Shown here: piece after piece, positions 1 through 13,708 of the stretch
Position numbering within the stretch: the stretch's first letter is position 1
How the letters are laid out: the number at the start of each line of letters is the position of its first letter
Assembly (NCBI GenBank): GCA_965649765.1
Contig: OZ287753.1
Location: 69,812,001 to 69,876,000 of the forward strand
Direction of reading: 5' to 3'
DNA from: Bispira polyomma
Lineage: Eukaryota
DNA length: 64,000 nt
Notes under the pieces: model-generated
What the model saw: only the letters and a program-made list of their open reading frames with translations
Told to the model about the DNA's origin: nothing
Databases searched by the model: none
Program-made: the position numbers and the translations under genes

Positions 1-59
1 ATGCCACTGCCAAATAACACCTGGCTTTCTGTAGATCTACTGACAGGTCCTACAACTCA

Positions 60-959
60 ATGTATAGGGTATACCATGCCTATGCTACCTTCATAGATCT
101 TCCAGTGGATCAGGTGACTGTGTTCGACCTCCTTGCTTTCTTAGAATTGTTAAACTTTAACTCTTTAAAACCTGCTTTGATGGCCAATTATCTTTCTGCT
201 ATCAAGGCTAAGTCTATTGTCAATAATGTCCCCATTCTGGCCTTCAGTGACCCACGGATTACTTACTATCAAAAGGCTGTCCAGATGTCGGCCCCTCTCC
301 AGGTTAAGCTGAGAAAAATTATAGATATTCCTACCTTGGAAAAGATTGTAACACTTTCACTCACCACTTACATGGGATTGGTGTTTCGAGCTGTATACCT
401 AGTTAGCTTCTTTTCCTTCTTACACCTTTCCAACCTTGTTCCCCATGCTGTCCACCTTTTTTCTTCTTTAAAACATCTAGCACGTGGGGACGTTATGTTT
501 CATCCTGATAAGGCTGTACTATTCATCAAATGGTCAAAAACCATGCAGAATAATAAACAAATCAAATTAATCACCATCCCCCGTCTCATGGGCTCCCCCC
601 TTTGCCCTGTGAAGTCACTTGAGGACATTATGGCTATTTCACCTGCTGGTGTTGACCTTCCCTTATTCCAAGTAAAAGTCAACCACAAGTGGGTACCTCT
701 AACCGACACTAAGGTACGTTGTCATTTCACAGGTATTCTTGTCAGACTGAATGTTAAAGAGTCTGGACTTACCCTGCACACTTTTCGTCGTTCAGGTGCC
801 ACTTTTGCCTTCAATAATACCGTCAGCATACAAAACATACAAAACCATGGCACTTGGACCTCAGATTGCGTGTGGCGGTATGTCACCGACACTGTTGATG
901 CCGGTAACCAAGTAGCTGACACTTTCAAGCGTCAACTTACAGTCTCCCCCCTTCCCTAA
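60..959 (+). mobile_element. Tyrosine recombinase ORF of a DIRS/Ngaro-type YR retrotransposon (3' part, probably inactive)
   Basis: The protein has LHTFRRSGAT (HxxR), IQNHGTWTSDCVWRY (H/W...Y), WSKTMQ and LCPV motifs typical of animal DIRS/Ngaro recombinases. Box I reads FLHLSN instead of FLRxSN, and there is an in-frame TAA at 15-17 upstream. Confidence 0.85.
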
Positions 960-1093
960 GCTTTCTTGCTCCTACCCCTACCTTTTGGGGCTTGGCTGAT
1001 TGTCATATGTAAATGTTTTTACAGTTGTAACTTACTCAGCTAATTCACTTATTACTTAAAGTATATGTAAATACTTCTAAAGCTCACTTTAAT

Positions 1094-1266
1094 GAATTAC
1101 GTAACTTGCTAGTCGTAAACTCAGTAACTTAACTGTAATTACGTAATTTCTTAGCAAACTCAGTAATTTAACTGTAATTACGTAACTTGTTAGTATTTAA
1201 TAAAATCAGTAACTGAACTGTAATTACGTAACTTGATAGTCATAAACTCAGTAATTTAACTGTAAA
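1094..1266. repeat. Short tandem array (~40 bp unit, ACTCAGTAA(C/T)TTAACTGTAATTACGTAAC) downstream of the YR ORF
   Basis: About four imperfect direct copies are visible. Confidence 0.75.
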
Positions 1267-2390
1267 TGTCGCACTTTAAGGCTATGCTTACAGTGCTGTT
1301 ATTAACACCGCTAAATATATATCTGCCTATAATGCAGTTCTACTTAAACTTTATCATAAATTGACAGGTTATCGTAACTTCATTTGGACTCTAAGGTCAC
1401 CTTTGCTTAACTGCCCACAGGGCTGTATAAATGTAATATGGACAATGACTTTTTCTAAAGGTAAGGTGACCTTACTAAAATTATCAAAATTAGTAAACTA
1501 AATAAAATATTTATTGTAGGTGGCCTTAAGTCACTTACTTCTGTAATATTGAAACTAGTTATGGTGACCTTAAGTTGCCTTGTACATAGTAGTCTAACAT
1601 CTTAGTCTAACAATAAATATTTTACCGCATCCTATGTTACATACCTGTGTTCCTGACCTTTGACCTTGACCTGTTACTTGGGGAAATGTGATTGATAGCA
1701 TCAAAAGCTGCTGAGAGATCTAAATAGGTGAAGGCGACAGTTTGATCACAACCCAAGGCAAGGTTAATGTCATTACTGATGGAGAGGAGGATGAGAATAT
1801 CCAGGCATTCAGTAGGAGGGATAAAATCCAGTTCACATCATTTGAAACATTTAAAACATTTTTCTTGTAGCATGAGTCCTACCTTAACACACAGGTATAA
1901 TCTCTCGATGGGAATGTTTTCTTCTAATATTCGGTGTTTGGTGTATTCACTAATCAGATAGCCATGGTAAGATATACAGGATTGCCCACTGTGAAACAAG
2001 CAAGAATGTGAGTGTCAGAAGCCATATACGTAAATATTTTTTTGAAACAAGAATTGAAAAGTACAGGATTGTAGACTGTAAATATTAAGTTTTTAGCATC
2101 TAAAATAAATGTAAACATACACACTCAAATAAATACCAAACTCTACATTACCAAATACCAATACAAACCACTAAAATATATATGGTTTGCTTGGCCACCA
2201 CAATTATAACTGGAACTTCACCATAAACAATTAAAGAAATGACTACTATAACTTCTATAAGATCTGTAGGCTTGAGTGGTGTAAGCTTTAGTCTTGTTAC
2301 TTCATTGGCCATATGTGCTGGGGTGGTTGTGTTTGCTCATTATGCACACCTCAGGTGTGGACCTCTGGAAACGGGTGTGATTTCTACACC

Positions 2391-3960
2391 AATTGTAATT
2401 GTAATTAGACTTTTATTGCGCTTAATCTCCCCTTAACAAAGGGGACTCTAAGGCGCACCAGCACAAAAGACAGTTATCCAATTTCCAAAATCAAGGGACA
2501 GAAAAGGGTCAGCACCATAGAGCATGCCGGGGGATGATTGAGATTAAGGTGGATATGCTTTAGTGTTCAAGTGGGTTTTAAGCTGCTTTCTAAAACAGGC
2601 TAGTGAGTGGGAAGCACGAATCACATCAGGAGGAGCATTCCAAACAATGGGAGCATCAAAAGCAAAGCTGTGACCAAACTGTTTAACTGACTTTTGAGTA
2701 GATGGGTGGAACTTCGGAACAACAAGGAAATTACTACCACTCTGACTACGTCTGGTATTGTAGGAACTACTGTAAGAGGAAAGATATGGGGCAGAATACT
2801 TTGGAAACCAAGTGTGGAGAAACTTATAAACAAGTGTAGCTGTTTTAAACACTGAACGCTGTTCAACAGGGAGCCAATGCAATTTCTTAAGAACAGGAGT
2901 TATACTGGTGTATCGACTGGTGTTTGACACAATTCTAGCTGCACTATTTTAAATGCATTGTAATTTACGTAAATTAAACTTTGAGAGACTCCTGGAAAGC
3001 AAATTGAAGTAATCCAGTCCACTACTGACAAAAGCATTGACCACAAGTATAGAAGCATCATAAGTGAGAAACCGTCTGACACATCTAAAATCCCGGAGCT
3101 GCACAAAACAGCTTTTGCAGACACTCTGAACGTGTTCAGAGAAAGAAAAGTCAGAGTCAAACCATACACCCAGGTTCTTGACAGAATCAGCTGGACTGAA
3201 ATGGCTACCCAGGATGTCAACTGGAAACATGCTTTCAACTTAACCCTCTGTTGTTTTGAGCCAAAGATTATGAACTCAGTCTTGTCGGGATTAAGTTTGA
3301 GTTTACCAGTTGACATCCACTCTTTCACATCATCAAGGCACCTGTTCAACTGTTCAAAGGCAGATGTGTTCTTATGGGATAGGTACACATAAATTTGGGT
3401 ATCATCTGCATAAAAATGAAACTTAATTCCTGTGTATTTGCCAATGACCAATCTGAGAGGGGCAGTGTATAATGAGAACAACTTAGGGCCCAAAACAGAA
3501 CCTAGAGGAACACCAAACAATAGTTTACAAAGATCGGACAAAGTAGAGCCAATTTTTATCCACTGATAACTATCAGTTAAGTAGGAAGTGAACCATTTAA
3601 GAACAGAGCCCCAAACCAAGTCTGAAGACAACTGAGAAGTGTGGAATGATCAATGGTGTCAAAGGCAGCAGAGAGGTCGATCAATACCAGGGCAATACCT
3701 GGGCAGTAGGTTCCCCTCAGTAAGTGAGCAGTTTACATGCTTTGTAATGGATGGTAGTAATATATCACTACATTCTTTAATAAGAGATGTTGGCCATGGA
3801 TCCAACATGCAGGATTTTGTAGGCGAGTTACTCATTATTTTACTAACATCGTCTTCAGAGACTCTGGTAAAGGCAGTAATTTCTGAGGTATCAGAAAGAG
3901 GACGAACATCAATTTTAGTTCCAGAAACAACAAAAGTATCTCTAATTTCTCTTAAACCAT
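2391..3960 (-). mobile_element. L2-clade LINE, 5'-truncated and degenerate (RT C-terminal part, 3' UTR, ATTACA tail)
   Basis: Frameshifted ORF fragments carry GVPLGSVLGP, FYADD, LKLNPDKTE, SITPVLKKLHWLPV and FRKQLKTHL; DLSAAFDTIDH is readable near 3645-3680. The (ATTACA)n tail is at 2391-2406. Confidence 0.9.
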
Positions 3961-4194
3961 GTAGGTTTTATTCTTCTGCTCTCTTCCTGGTCCTGGTCTC
4001 TTTTTTACTTGGTGTTTTATTTTTCTTTGTCTTTATTTATTTCAATTCATTTCATATGTAGAATAGTATATAATTAGTATATAATTAAAGAACAAACGGA
4101 ACAGAATGATCTCTCTCTCTCTCTCCCACTTTGGTGAAAGTGAAAGGCCAATGATTTTGAAGCAAGCGGTTCTAACCACTAGCCCATATGATGT

Positions 4195-4348
4195 NNNNNN
4201 NNNNNNNNNNNNNNNNNNNNNNNNNNNNNNNNNNNNNNNNNNNNNNNNNNNNNNNNNNNNNNNNNNNNNNNNNNNNNNNNNNNNNNNNNNNNNNNNNNNN
4301 NNNNNNNNNNNNNNNNNNNNNNNNNNNNNNNNNNNNNNNNNNNNNNNN
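4195..4348. other. Assembly gap (154 N) flanked by an inverted copy of a SINE head
   Basis: N run; 4127-4194 is almost the reverse complement of 4350-4412. Confidence 0.95.
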
Positions 4349-4356
4349 AACATCAT

Positions 4357-4548
4357 ATGGGCTAGTGGTTAGAACCGCTTGCTTCAAAATCATTGGCCTT
4401 TCACCAAAGTGGGTTTGAATCCTGTTTGTTCCTTCATATGCAAAAGTTTTACAGATATTTGCCGTAGGCCGGTATGTTTTTTCCACCATTAAATTTGGCT
4501 GCCGTTATATGGCCTAAGCTGTTAAAAGCGACGTAAAACCAAACTTAA
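4357..4548 (+). mobile_element. tRNA-derived SINE, older group
   Basis: A box-like GGGCTAGTGGTTAGA, B box-like GGTTTGAATCC, and a 3' end GCTGTTAAAAGCGACGTAAAACC shared with other copies. Confidence 0.7.
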
Positions 4549-4662
4549 TTTTAAAAATAATTTTAGATCATTCCATACTATGTGATGACAGAACTGAACC
4601 ATCCTGGATTACCTGGCCTCTTTACTGCATTTCTGCTAGCGAGTTCTCTCAGGTAGGATCCA

Positions 4663-4815
4663 CAGTCAAACCTACCAGAGAGACCACCTCTATAGAGAGG
4701 CCACCTCTGTATAGAGACCACCTCTGTATAAAGACCACCCTTTCACTTTCGAAGACTAATCTTTATTAATAATATTTAACCTCTATATAAAGACCACCTG
4801 TCAATAAAGACCAAT
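4663..4815. mobile_element. End of a CAGT-terminus (Tc1/pogo-like) non-autonomous element with GAGACCACCT subrepeats
   Basis: CAGTCAAACCT followed by repeated AGAGACCACCTCT units. Confidence 0.55.
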
Positions 4816-5194
4816 TTAGTATCTGATGGGTAAAATTTACAAATGAAAAATACAAGGCTTATTACTCATATATTTTATTGACAGTATATTGAAAACCTGC
4901 AATGAGAAAGAAGTTATAAAAATGTGTTTTCGTGTTTTAGCACTCTTTCCTCAGTTCAAAACGGGTTATCAGCGATAGCGTGGAAGCATTTAATTGCACC
5001 ATGTATGCCAGAGATATCAGAGTTCAGAAAAACGACACTTTTAAAGCTTATAGGTAATCACTAAAGTGATATCACATGAAAACAGAAGAAATTTCGTCTT
5101 TTTCCCAAAAGAAGGCTGAATATTTACACATTCATACAAGTGTACATTTGTAATTAAGGACTTATGCTGTAGTTGTATAACAGGTCCTAATTAT

Positions 5195-5530
5195 GCGAGG
5201 CATCTTCTAAAGCGCAACAACATAATCAATTAACTTATCGAGAAGTCCATAAGACATAGCCAAGGTCATAACGAAGGTGTTGGGGGGTGTACATCGAGGG
5301 AACTAAGCGAGATTAAGAGATAGGCTTTAAGTTTTTTCCTAAACCCAGAAAGTGCTTCAAGTGATTTAAGCTCATATGGGAAACTATTCCATACAATGGC
5401 GCCAGCAACAGAGAAAGCTCTAGATTCAGCACTCTTGATGTTTTGCAACGTGGAATCAGAAAGTTGCCAAAGGAAAGACCATCAGCAAGGTAGGAGGGCT
5501 GCTGAAAAACAACAGCTTTTAGAGTGACTT
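5195..5530 (-). mobile_element. L2 LINE 3' fragment
   Basis: RAFSVAGAIVWNSFP...FRKKLKAYL and QQPSYL, the canonical L2 ORF2 C-terminus. Confidence 0.8.
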
Positions 5531-5838
5531 TTTCACAAAAAGACAAATGAGACATAACTATAATCATTTCTCCTGTGCTGTTTTACAGTTACTGTCGTTG
5601 GAGCTACCATCACTGTCATAGCTTTAGGCTTTACGATGATGAGTGGCACTTTAATAGAGAAGATTAGATCTACAGTCAGCACAATCTCTGGTCCAATGAC
5701 TGGCATCTTTGTATTGGCTGCATTCTGTCCATGGGTTGGAATATATGTATGCATTGAAAGATGCATAGATTGATGTGTAACTCTTATTTTATTACACAAA
5801 CAAAATCATGTGTAAATGGTCTCTTCTAAACATAATGA

Positions 5839-6047
5839 CTGGTCTCCCACCTCTGGGATCGGCTGGCTTGGGTTCAACTCCCGTCGATGCCTATGTGGGA
5901 AAGGTGGTAGTTCCTTACTGTGGGCCACTGGTTTCAGTGTAGAACCTTGACCAACTGTATACAGTGTTTCCTCCAGCGTTTCAACTACCAGTCCCAATAT
6001 AACCTACTAAAAGGTGCTAGAGTGGACGTTAAATATCCAAATTCAAA
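5839..6047 (+). mobile_element. 5'-truncated young tRNA-derived SINE with 15-bp TSD
   Basis: Matches the copies at 49561 and 63808. TTCTAAACATAATGA flanks it at 5824-5838 and 6048-6062. Confidence 0.85.
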
Positions 6048-7913
6048 TTCTAAACATAATGATACGTCTTGAAATAAATGGCTGCAATAGCTTTATTAGT
6101 TATATATAAAGTTAGTTAGAATATCCATTTATTACCAAAACACTAGGTCAGGGGAATTATTTTGATAAATCTTAAATTATCAAACATTTATGTTTAAAAC
6201 ATACATAATTAGATACAATAAATCTGTGGTTATTTTTATTTAGGCTGTGTTGATTAGTTGGGCATGCAGCACTAATTCTGTATCTGGATAGCACTGGGAA
6301 AAATTGTGTTTGGCCCAGACTGGGAAAGGCCAAATTTGGTAACAGAAAATTGTCCAAATGGTCTACATACCATTAACATAAGTGAAATTTTAACAACAAG
6401 TTCATATGAGTTGATATCTACTGATATATCTCCTGGAGGGAAAAGGTAAGTTTGTTATATATATTGGCAAGCCAGGTATATTGAACTCTGGGTTTCTAGC
6501 TTGATCATTCCAGCTGCTCATGAGTACATCTTACAGTTGCACACATAATAATTAAAAAAACACAATTTTGGCAATTAACAAGAACCCTAAAAGGGCACAG
6601 CTCATTTTACGGTTCCAAATTGATAACAGCACTGCATATGTCGGCTATGAAGTCACTCCCCTAGTCGCTTCAGTAAATACAACATATATATTACTGGGCA
6701 TTTTCTATATATTTTTTTATTTTACAACATTCAGATGTCAAATTTTTGAAGACATATCTTAACTGTTCTTATCATATTTATCTAGTAACTATTTAAGCAC
6801 TGTATGTTGAAAATACATACATTTGGATTAATTCCAAAAGAAATTGACAATTCCATGCAACATAAGGGAGTGGCATTTACCCATAATGCATGGCACGCTA
6901 CCACTTAACTGTAACAAGGTCTATTGTAACCATTTACAATATATATATATATCCACAACTTTCAGCGATTCTACCTTCCTGCTCTACTCAATTTCTCATT
7001 ACTGCATTATTGCAGTTTAGGAGTAGGTATTACAGTGATTGTTGGATTTATCCTTAGCTTCTTTCCACATAAGTGTGTGCTTTTAGGTTAAGACAACATA
7101 AACAACCCGCAATTTAGAATGCTATAGGTTTGAGGAACTTGATGTAGTCCTTTTAACCATCATTTACTTTTTTCATAATTTTGATCTTCTTTGATATTTC
7201 CTTTGAATTTCTATTTTTATGACTCAATACAATATATTTATCTTGAATGTTTTGATTGGACCAAGGTGAATAACCTACTTATATATAAATTTGCTGATTT
7301 TTGAAAGGTAGATGTATCAATGACACATATTTCTTCCAAAAATATAGTATATCCTTGACATGTTTGCTAAATTATTGCAATTTGCATCAATAAAATTACA
7401 TTTGCTTCTTTCAACTTTTCTAGCAGAAAAAGCCATTTGATTCTGCCCTTGTTGTGCCTTTTAGGAGATGTTTCGTGAAGATGTCCAATTGGAAATGCCC
7501 CAGCAATTATATAGAACAGGACAATAAAAGTGAACTCGCACCTGAATGCAAGAGTGGGGCAAAATATTCTAATACTACATAGTATTATTGAAATAGTCCC
7601 CGCAATGGTTACTTTTAACAAGCATAAACGCAAATTGCAAATAAAAAACATGATGGATGATTAGTAGTATGTTTTGATGTCTATTTTAATATTCTACATA
7701 TTTTAACATTCATAAGTTGAATAAAAACTTCCAACAGTCTTTCTTGTTATTGAACAGATTCATGGTAAGATTTTAATATTAATTGAACACATAGTTTATG
7801 AAACAATATTGTGCGAGATTTGTGTAAGACATGGCTAGGATACTGACTTTTAAAAAAAATCTAATTATGGTACCTGACTGCGGATTTTATTTTATTTAAA
7901 TTGTTTAGTCAAC

Positions 7914-8162
7914 CAGGTGCCATATTCTTGAAAGATTTTAAGCTCACCTAAGATTCGAGCTTAACTCTCAATCCATATATCTCTGGCTAGAGTGAAGTTA
8001 AGTCAAATCTGAGTGTATATTTGAATTCAGCACTGAAAGCTTCATTACAATGAATGGTCATAAGTACAAGTTATCTTGACATACAAGGACTTCAACGTAT
8101 AGCTTTCGTTTCAGTAGACTCCAAATTTAAGCTCGAGTTTCTTTCGAAGAATAAGGGCCCTG
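7914..8162. mobile_element. ~250-bp MITE with GGGCC(G/A)TATTC terminal inverted repeats
   Basis: Ends GGTGCCATATTCTTGAAAGA ... TCTTTCGAAGAATAAGGGCCC. Related copies at about 13375-13511, 14582-14828, 27466-27714 and 31720-31942. Confidence 0.65.
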
Positions 8163-9485
8163 AACTCTGTAGTGTAATTCCTTAACCCAAAGACGGAGAT
8201 TTCAGTTTCTAAATTCAGGACGATCACTGTGCACAGATTAGACAAAGGACAAAGGTCAGCCACTTTAAGTGATGCATTTCTATTGACCAGGATTTTGAAA
8301 GATTAGTGTGTGTAAAATTACCTTTGAGGAAGTTTGTAGTTACCCACTCCTCACTTTTCCACCAATTCAAATCTTAATTGCAGAAATTACATTTGAGAAC
8401 CTTTCAGTTAAATTAAGAAAGTCCATTCAAACCTGTCCTGGTTACATATACAAAGTTCTTACATATTACTAAACCAGGAGACAAATTGCCAGGAACAGTT
8501 TTTCAGGTTTGCTAGCAGGATGCACAAGTTTCAGAGGTACTTAAAGTCTTTCAGCTAAAGTACTTGCTGATTTTGGATTTCTATACCTATATTAGAAACC
8601 CAGTTCCATGGTAACCTTCGTCAGAAATTTCATAAAACTAACCTATTTTGTATCAGCCCAAGTTGTTGAAAGCAATGTGAAACTCAACTTGATTGAATTA
8701 AAGCCAACTTATAGAGAATAGTAACTTACAAGGTCATTCTTTCTTTCTTTTTGGTAAACTAATTAAGATTGTTCTGGGCAATCAAATATATACAAGACTT
8801 TCTTGTATCAGTGGGACTTTTAACTAGAAGAAATAATTTTCACTAATTTACAATTTTGGAGACATTTACTGGAATTAATTTCACTATTGGCTACTTTTAT
8901 ATCAGCTAAAATAATTTAAATTTTCATTGTGAATTATTTTTCCTTATCCTAATTCATTCACTAAAATTGCTAAAATAATTCCTTTTGAAAATGTCCATTG
9001 CTACAATTTCCCATGGTACCTGTGAATTACAACGGCTAAGAATTGCATCTTGTTAATAAAAACAATGAATAATAACACATTACAGTATTTTATTTGTTAA
9101 GAAAAGTAAAGGATATTATCATTTTCATAAAAACTAGCTAACATCTTCAGAGATATACATATATATAGCATAAAAAGAAACAACAATGCAACAAAGGCAA
9201 ACAATGCCATTGTGTTTAATCAAGTACACAATATTTCACGCCAATAAACCTACTCAGAAAGCATAAAATATTAAAATGTTACCGACTGACAACAAGATAC
9301 AAAGATATTAATACTGCTTGACAAGCACTTATGGGCAATGTACGAATTATGATCGCCCTGAATATTAATGCCAATTCTTTGAGTAAGTACAGTTGACTCT
9401 CTGTAACTAGAACCAGTACAAACCAAATTTATGTAGAACAAGAACCCATTTATTGGTTCCAATAATAAATAAATACTGGTTTTAA

Positions 9486-9778
9486 CCCTTTCAACCCCAA
9501 GAAAAGACTATCGCCGACAACTGAATGAAATGTTTAAGTAATAGGCTACAGTTAGCTGGCGTCACTAAAACACAGACTACGTCTGGCATTCAATAACAAG
9601 TCTCACGTATAATTTTATAAATGGTAAAGTCTTTCGTACTAACAATTTCCTATTGTGAGGAACTGAAGCACAATAAAATAATATTTTGGGGGTGGTGTCG
9701 ACTGCTTAACGACAAACATAGGTTCTGGCAGTAACAAATGCCATCGGCTGCTAGTCGACAATTTAGGGGTTGAAATGG
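9486..9778. mobile_element. piggyBac-like MITE
   Basis: TTAA at 9482-9485 and 9779-9782 flanking TIRs CCCTTTCAACCCC / GGGGTTGAAATGG. Confidence 0.7.
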
Positions 9779-10427
9779 TTAAATTAGATAAAAGTAGAGG
9801 TGAGCCATAAGTCAAAGCAAATACTGTGGATAATGGGCATTCAACGTATAGTCTACTGTACTGTTCCAAAGGCTACGATTAGTTGATTAGTGATCTAAGT
9901 CGATTTAACATTTGTTTTTATAAATAACTACTATCTTCATAAATTTAAGAAATTTTGTGTTTAAAAAAATTAGAGGTGAATTGTAATTTTTCCAATGACT
10001 AATGGCCAGACAAGCAGTAGAGCATAGTTTGACAGCCTCAGGCTTTAGATATATAGAAATAACACAAGCTTATGTCATGTATCACATTAGCCAACAACCC
10101 TCTAAACCTGGGGACAACATAAATTGCTTTTCTGTTAGAGTCAATACGAAGAGATTTCTCAGCTCTGAGCATAGATCTTGGTTATGACACTTCCCTTCTA
10201 GAGCAGAACAGTGTTTATATATAACACACCTATATCACAGTTATCCGTAAAGTTAGCACAAATCATTTTGTATGATAAAACGAAAGAGCCAGTCTGGTGA
10301 CAAACTCTTAATCTGTCATTTTATGAGAACGTGAATCTCACCCTCTATGGCTGAAAAAACACAATCCCATCAACTTTTTCTAACCATGAAAAGAAGATTA
10401 CACTATTCTCTCTGTGGGCTAAAAATA

Positions 10428-10660
10428 GGGCCGTGGTGGCCTAGTAGTTAAAGGCTTTAGCCACTTAATCACTGGCCTCTCATCCATGTGAGTGAGAATC
10501 CTGTTCATTCCTTCAGGTGGGATAGTTGGTCAGGTACTTTTTGTACATCAGTGGTTTACACAGTGCTTCAGCACAGGATTCTTCTACCATTAAATCTTGC
10601 CGTTGCTAAATTACCTAAAAGCCGATGAAAGCGATGTAAAAAACCCAACTAAATGCAAAT
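10428..10660 (+). mobile_element. tRNA-derived SINE, older group (representative copy)
   Basis: GGGCCGTGGTGGCCTAGTAGTTAAAG head. Further copies on the minus strand at about 13101-13321, 14013-14237, 16185-16400, 18192-18421, 22355-22583, 27005-27237 and 48790-48988. Confidence 0.75.
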
Positions 10661-11375
10661 AAAAACAAACTCAATCCACATCTCTCCAACCTTGCACACA
10701 TTATATAGCATTCTTTGGTGTACACTAACCTCCTTGATAGCGACCTGGGGCCATAGTCACAATCATTCTTAGCATTCTTAATCAAATCAGCCAATCAAAT
10801 TCTTTAAAACTAATATTTTTAGCCGATCAAATCAGACAAAAATATTTAAGACTGAGAATCTTCGTGAATACCATCCCTGGCTATTAATTAAGACCATACA
10901 CTTTAGTCTTACTGGTAACGATGTTCAAAACTTTTCCACATTAGGTTTTTTTTTCCTTTTTTTTTGAAAAATCCTGTTGCCTAGTACCTTAAATTTCACT
11001 TGGGAAAGAAACATTGTCAGATAATGTCTGATAATGTTCCCTAGACATAGTTTGTTAGTTTGCACAACATTAAAGACAAAACAAAAAGAAGGGTACAGTT
11101 TACACAAATACCAATATGACCTCACAATTCTGCACTTACAAAATTGTTTTACAGACGGTTATCATAAACGCATGAATCAATAAAGATACAAGGTACAAAA
11201 AGCAATGTAATTCTGGGTCTGACATTGTACCCTTAATTTCTTACTCTAACAGATACTTGCAAGTTGCAATATCTACATGTATAAAAATCATACAGGTTCT
11301 CTGAACTTGTATTAACACCCATACAAACACAAAATGGTTTGTAAATTCTTCTAAAAGTGCTAAAAAAATAAAAAT

Positions 11376-11567
11376 ACAGTAAAACCTCTATTTACTGAAC
11401 TTCTATTATCTGAATAGTCCAATTTTATGAACTAAATTTCATTCTCCTAAAGTTTTCATTTTTTTCTATTATTTTATTATTAAAGTACTCTTCTGTTTTT
11501 TGAAATTCTCATATCCTAATAGATTATCCTTCCCACAAGGTGTTCATATATCAGAGGTTCTATCGTA
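11376..11567. mobile_element. TA-flanked CAGT...ACTG MITE family (Tc1/mariner/pogo-like), representative copy
   Basis: TACAGTAAAACCTCTATT ... AGAGGTTCTATCGTA. Similar elements at about 12406-12573, 16948-17103, 26262-26441, 27765-27937, 28014-28193 and 31025-31215. Confidence 0.6.
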
Positions 11568-11628
11568 TATGTAGGATCAAAGTAACCAACTAAAAGTCAC
11601 AAAGCTTGAAACACAAAATGCAGTAGAA

Positions 11629-12176
11629 CTAGAATTGTGCCAATTTGACACACATATATTTATATACCCAGACGAGACATTCGTACATGCCACACAAATC
11701 AAGAACTGAGCAAAGTAAAGTTTGACTATGAGGTTACCCTAAACTAAAGATAGTCTCCTCACTGCAGGTCATCTGTTCCACAATTATAAGCATCAGAACA
11801 ATAACAGTTTTTCGGATATCAGCTTGAAGATTTTGCTTCGGTAGGTACTTTTAAGGACCTTAAACTGGCAGTTATGAGGCTGATTTCTGGCATATACATG
11901 TATTATCTAAATAAAATATAGGCACATCTGCCCTACTGTTTAAGTGCCAAAATGACACATTTGTGACCTCAAACTGGTCCAAGTTTGCTTAAAAGTGGGA
12001 GCTAAAGGTCACCTTAAAGTAGGGATCTGGTTTAGGCCCCAATATATACAAATGCCAAATTTGTATTAAATCCCTAAAATGCTTTTTAAGATATTGCGAC
12101 AATGTCACAGTGTCTACGGTGGCGGCGCGACTGGACTGAATCCAGTGTATGTCCGTTTTTCGGCTGGCCATATAAT
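11629..12176 (+). mobile_element. Helentron/HINE-like interspersed repeat
   Basis: ACTAGAATT start, GTGACC-rich body and short GC palindrome CGGCTGGCCATATAA at the end. Similar degenerate copies at about 19724-19990, 23300-23810 and 28245-28575. Confidence 0.4.
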
Positions 12177-13572
12177 TATCAGAAGTAGTATTTCACACAA
12201 CCAGAATACAACCCTATCAGACAATCAGCAACACTTACATGTAACGACACAACTCCTTAGACTATACACACATCCCTATATCACATACTTACTAAACTGC
12301 CACTAATTGCAGATATATATATAAATATATATATACCCTTCATAGTTGTTCTTACATTGCATCCCTCTCTTGGCCATTCCAAAAATTAAATACCCTGAAG
12401 ACTCAACAGTAGAATTTCTATTATTCAAACTTATATTAACCAAATACTTGATCTTATAATCACACATTATCCTACTACTCTATACAAATATACCGCATTT
12501 ATTTCATGAACCTTCGATAATGCAAACAAATTCTTGTTTTCCCAACATGTAGAGACAATAGAGGTTCAAATGTATTAGCTATGATTTCTTTAACATTAAC
12601 CTAGAAAGTACGGACAGTGCTAAGTACATAGCCTTGTAAATGTACATATCCAACCCAGCAGTATACCCATACAAGCAACCACTCAACTAACCATTCAGGT
12701 TCATATCTACAAACAGACTCACCCAGTTACAAACCCAGACATAAAATCTTTTTACCCCTTACAAGGCTTAAATTCAGCCATTTTATACACAAGTAACACA
12801 ACCTCCATGTACAACAGTGCTGTGGCTTATATTTGTAAATGACATCAGATTAATCTTTTTTTTAAGGCCAAACTTTCAATTAACACCAGAACTAGTTGCC
12901 TATGGCATTCACAACCCCTTAAACACACTTGCGTATTCACATTATTGATGGACAGTCGAGTGATTCGGTTATGCCTAAAACAAGCGAACCCAAGTGTATG
13001 TGGTATTCGAGTTTAATTGATCAAAACATGCTTAAAACCCTTTTATCATAAAATAACAGGGCCTGGATTATCCAGAGATACTCAAACTCAACCAAGACTC
13101 ATTTGAATTTAGTTAAAGTTTCATGCCGCTTTCAACAGCTTAGATCTTATCACGATGACCAGATTCAATGGTGGAAGAAAGCAGTGCTGAAGTCACTGCC
13201 ACCGACAAGTACCTGACAAAATTTCCCACATGAAGGAACTAATGGGATTCAACCCAAAATGGGTGAGAGACCAGTGATTTTTAAAGCAAGCCATTTTTAA
13301 CCATTAGGCCACCGTGGCCCCCAAACTCAACTTATATGAAGACAAACTATTATTACTGTACATGGAAATAATCTTTACTTGTGACCATTCATTTTGATAG
13401 AGCTTTCAGCACTGATTTCAAATATGAAGTCAGATTTTAGGAATGTTTACTTTAGCCAGAGATACATGTACTTTAGATTCGAGTCCTTGATGTTCAGAGA
13501 ATACGGACCCCCACCTTGCCTGAACACTAATATATATCAACAGATCTTCCTGTGTACACTGATCTGTTCGTG

Positions 13573-13708
13573 TTATTTTTTGCCCAGCAGTTGCTTCCTC
13601 TGTTGTTCTAACAAGCCCTCCAGATGGTCAGCCCGTTTGACCGCTGCTTGGTGTTGTTGTCTCAGCTGTGTCACCACTTCCTCTTTCTTCGCTATGGCCT
13701 GCTTTACT
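13573..13708 (-). CDS. CEP131: CEP131 coding exon 23 (last)
   Basis: VKQAIAKKEEVVTQLRQQHQAAVKRADHLEGLLEQQRKQLLGKK*; AG acceptor at 13709-13710. Confidence 0.92.

Noticed and set aside
4127-4412. Near-perfect inverted repeat resembling a foldback element or hairpin
   Set aside because: It is centred on an N gap and made of SINE head sequence; most likely a scaffolding artefact.
5533-5799. 88-aa minus-strand ORF with a zinc-knuckle-like stretch (CSQYKDASHWTRDC) in another frame
   Set aside because: The motif is incomplete and followed by a stop; probably decayed retroelement sequence that cannot be assigned.
9050-13572. Extent of the CEP131 3' UTR and poly(A) site
   Set aside because: Many AATAAA-like signals occur on the minus strand in AT-rich DNA; none can be chosen without transcript data.
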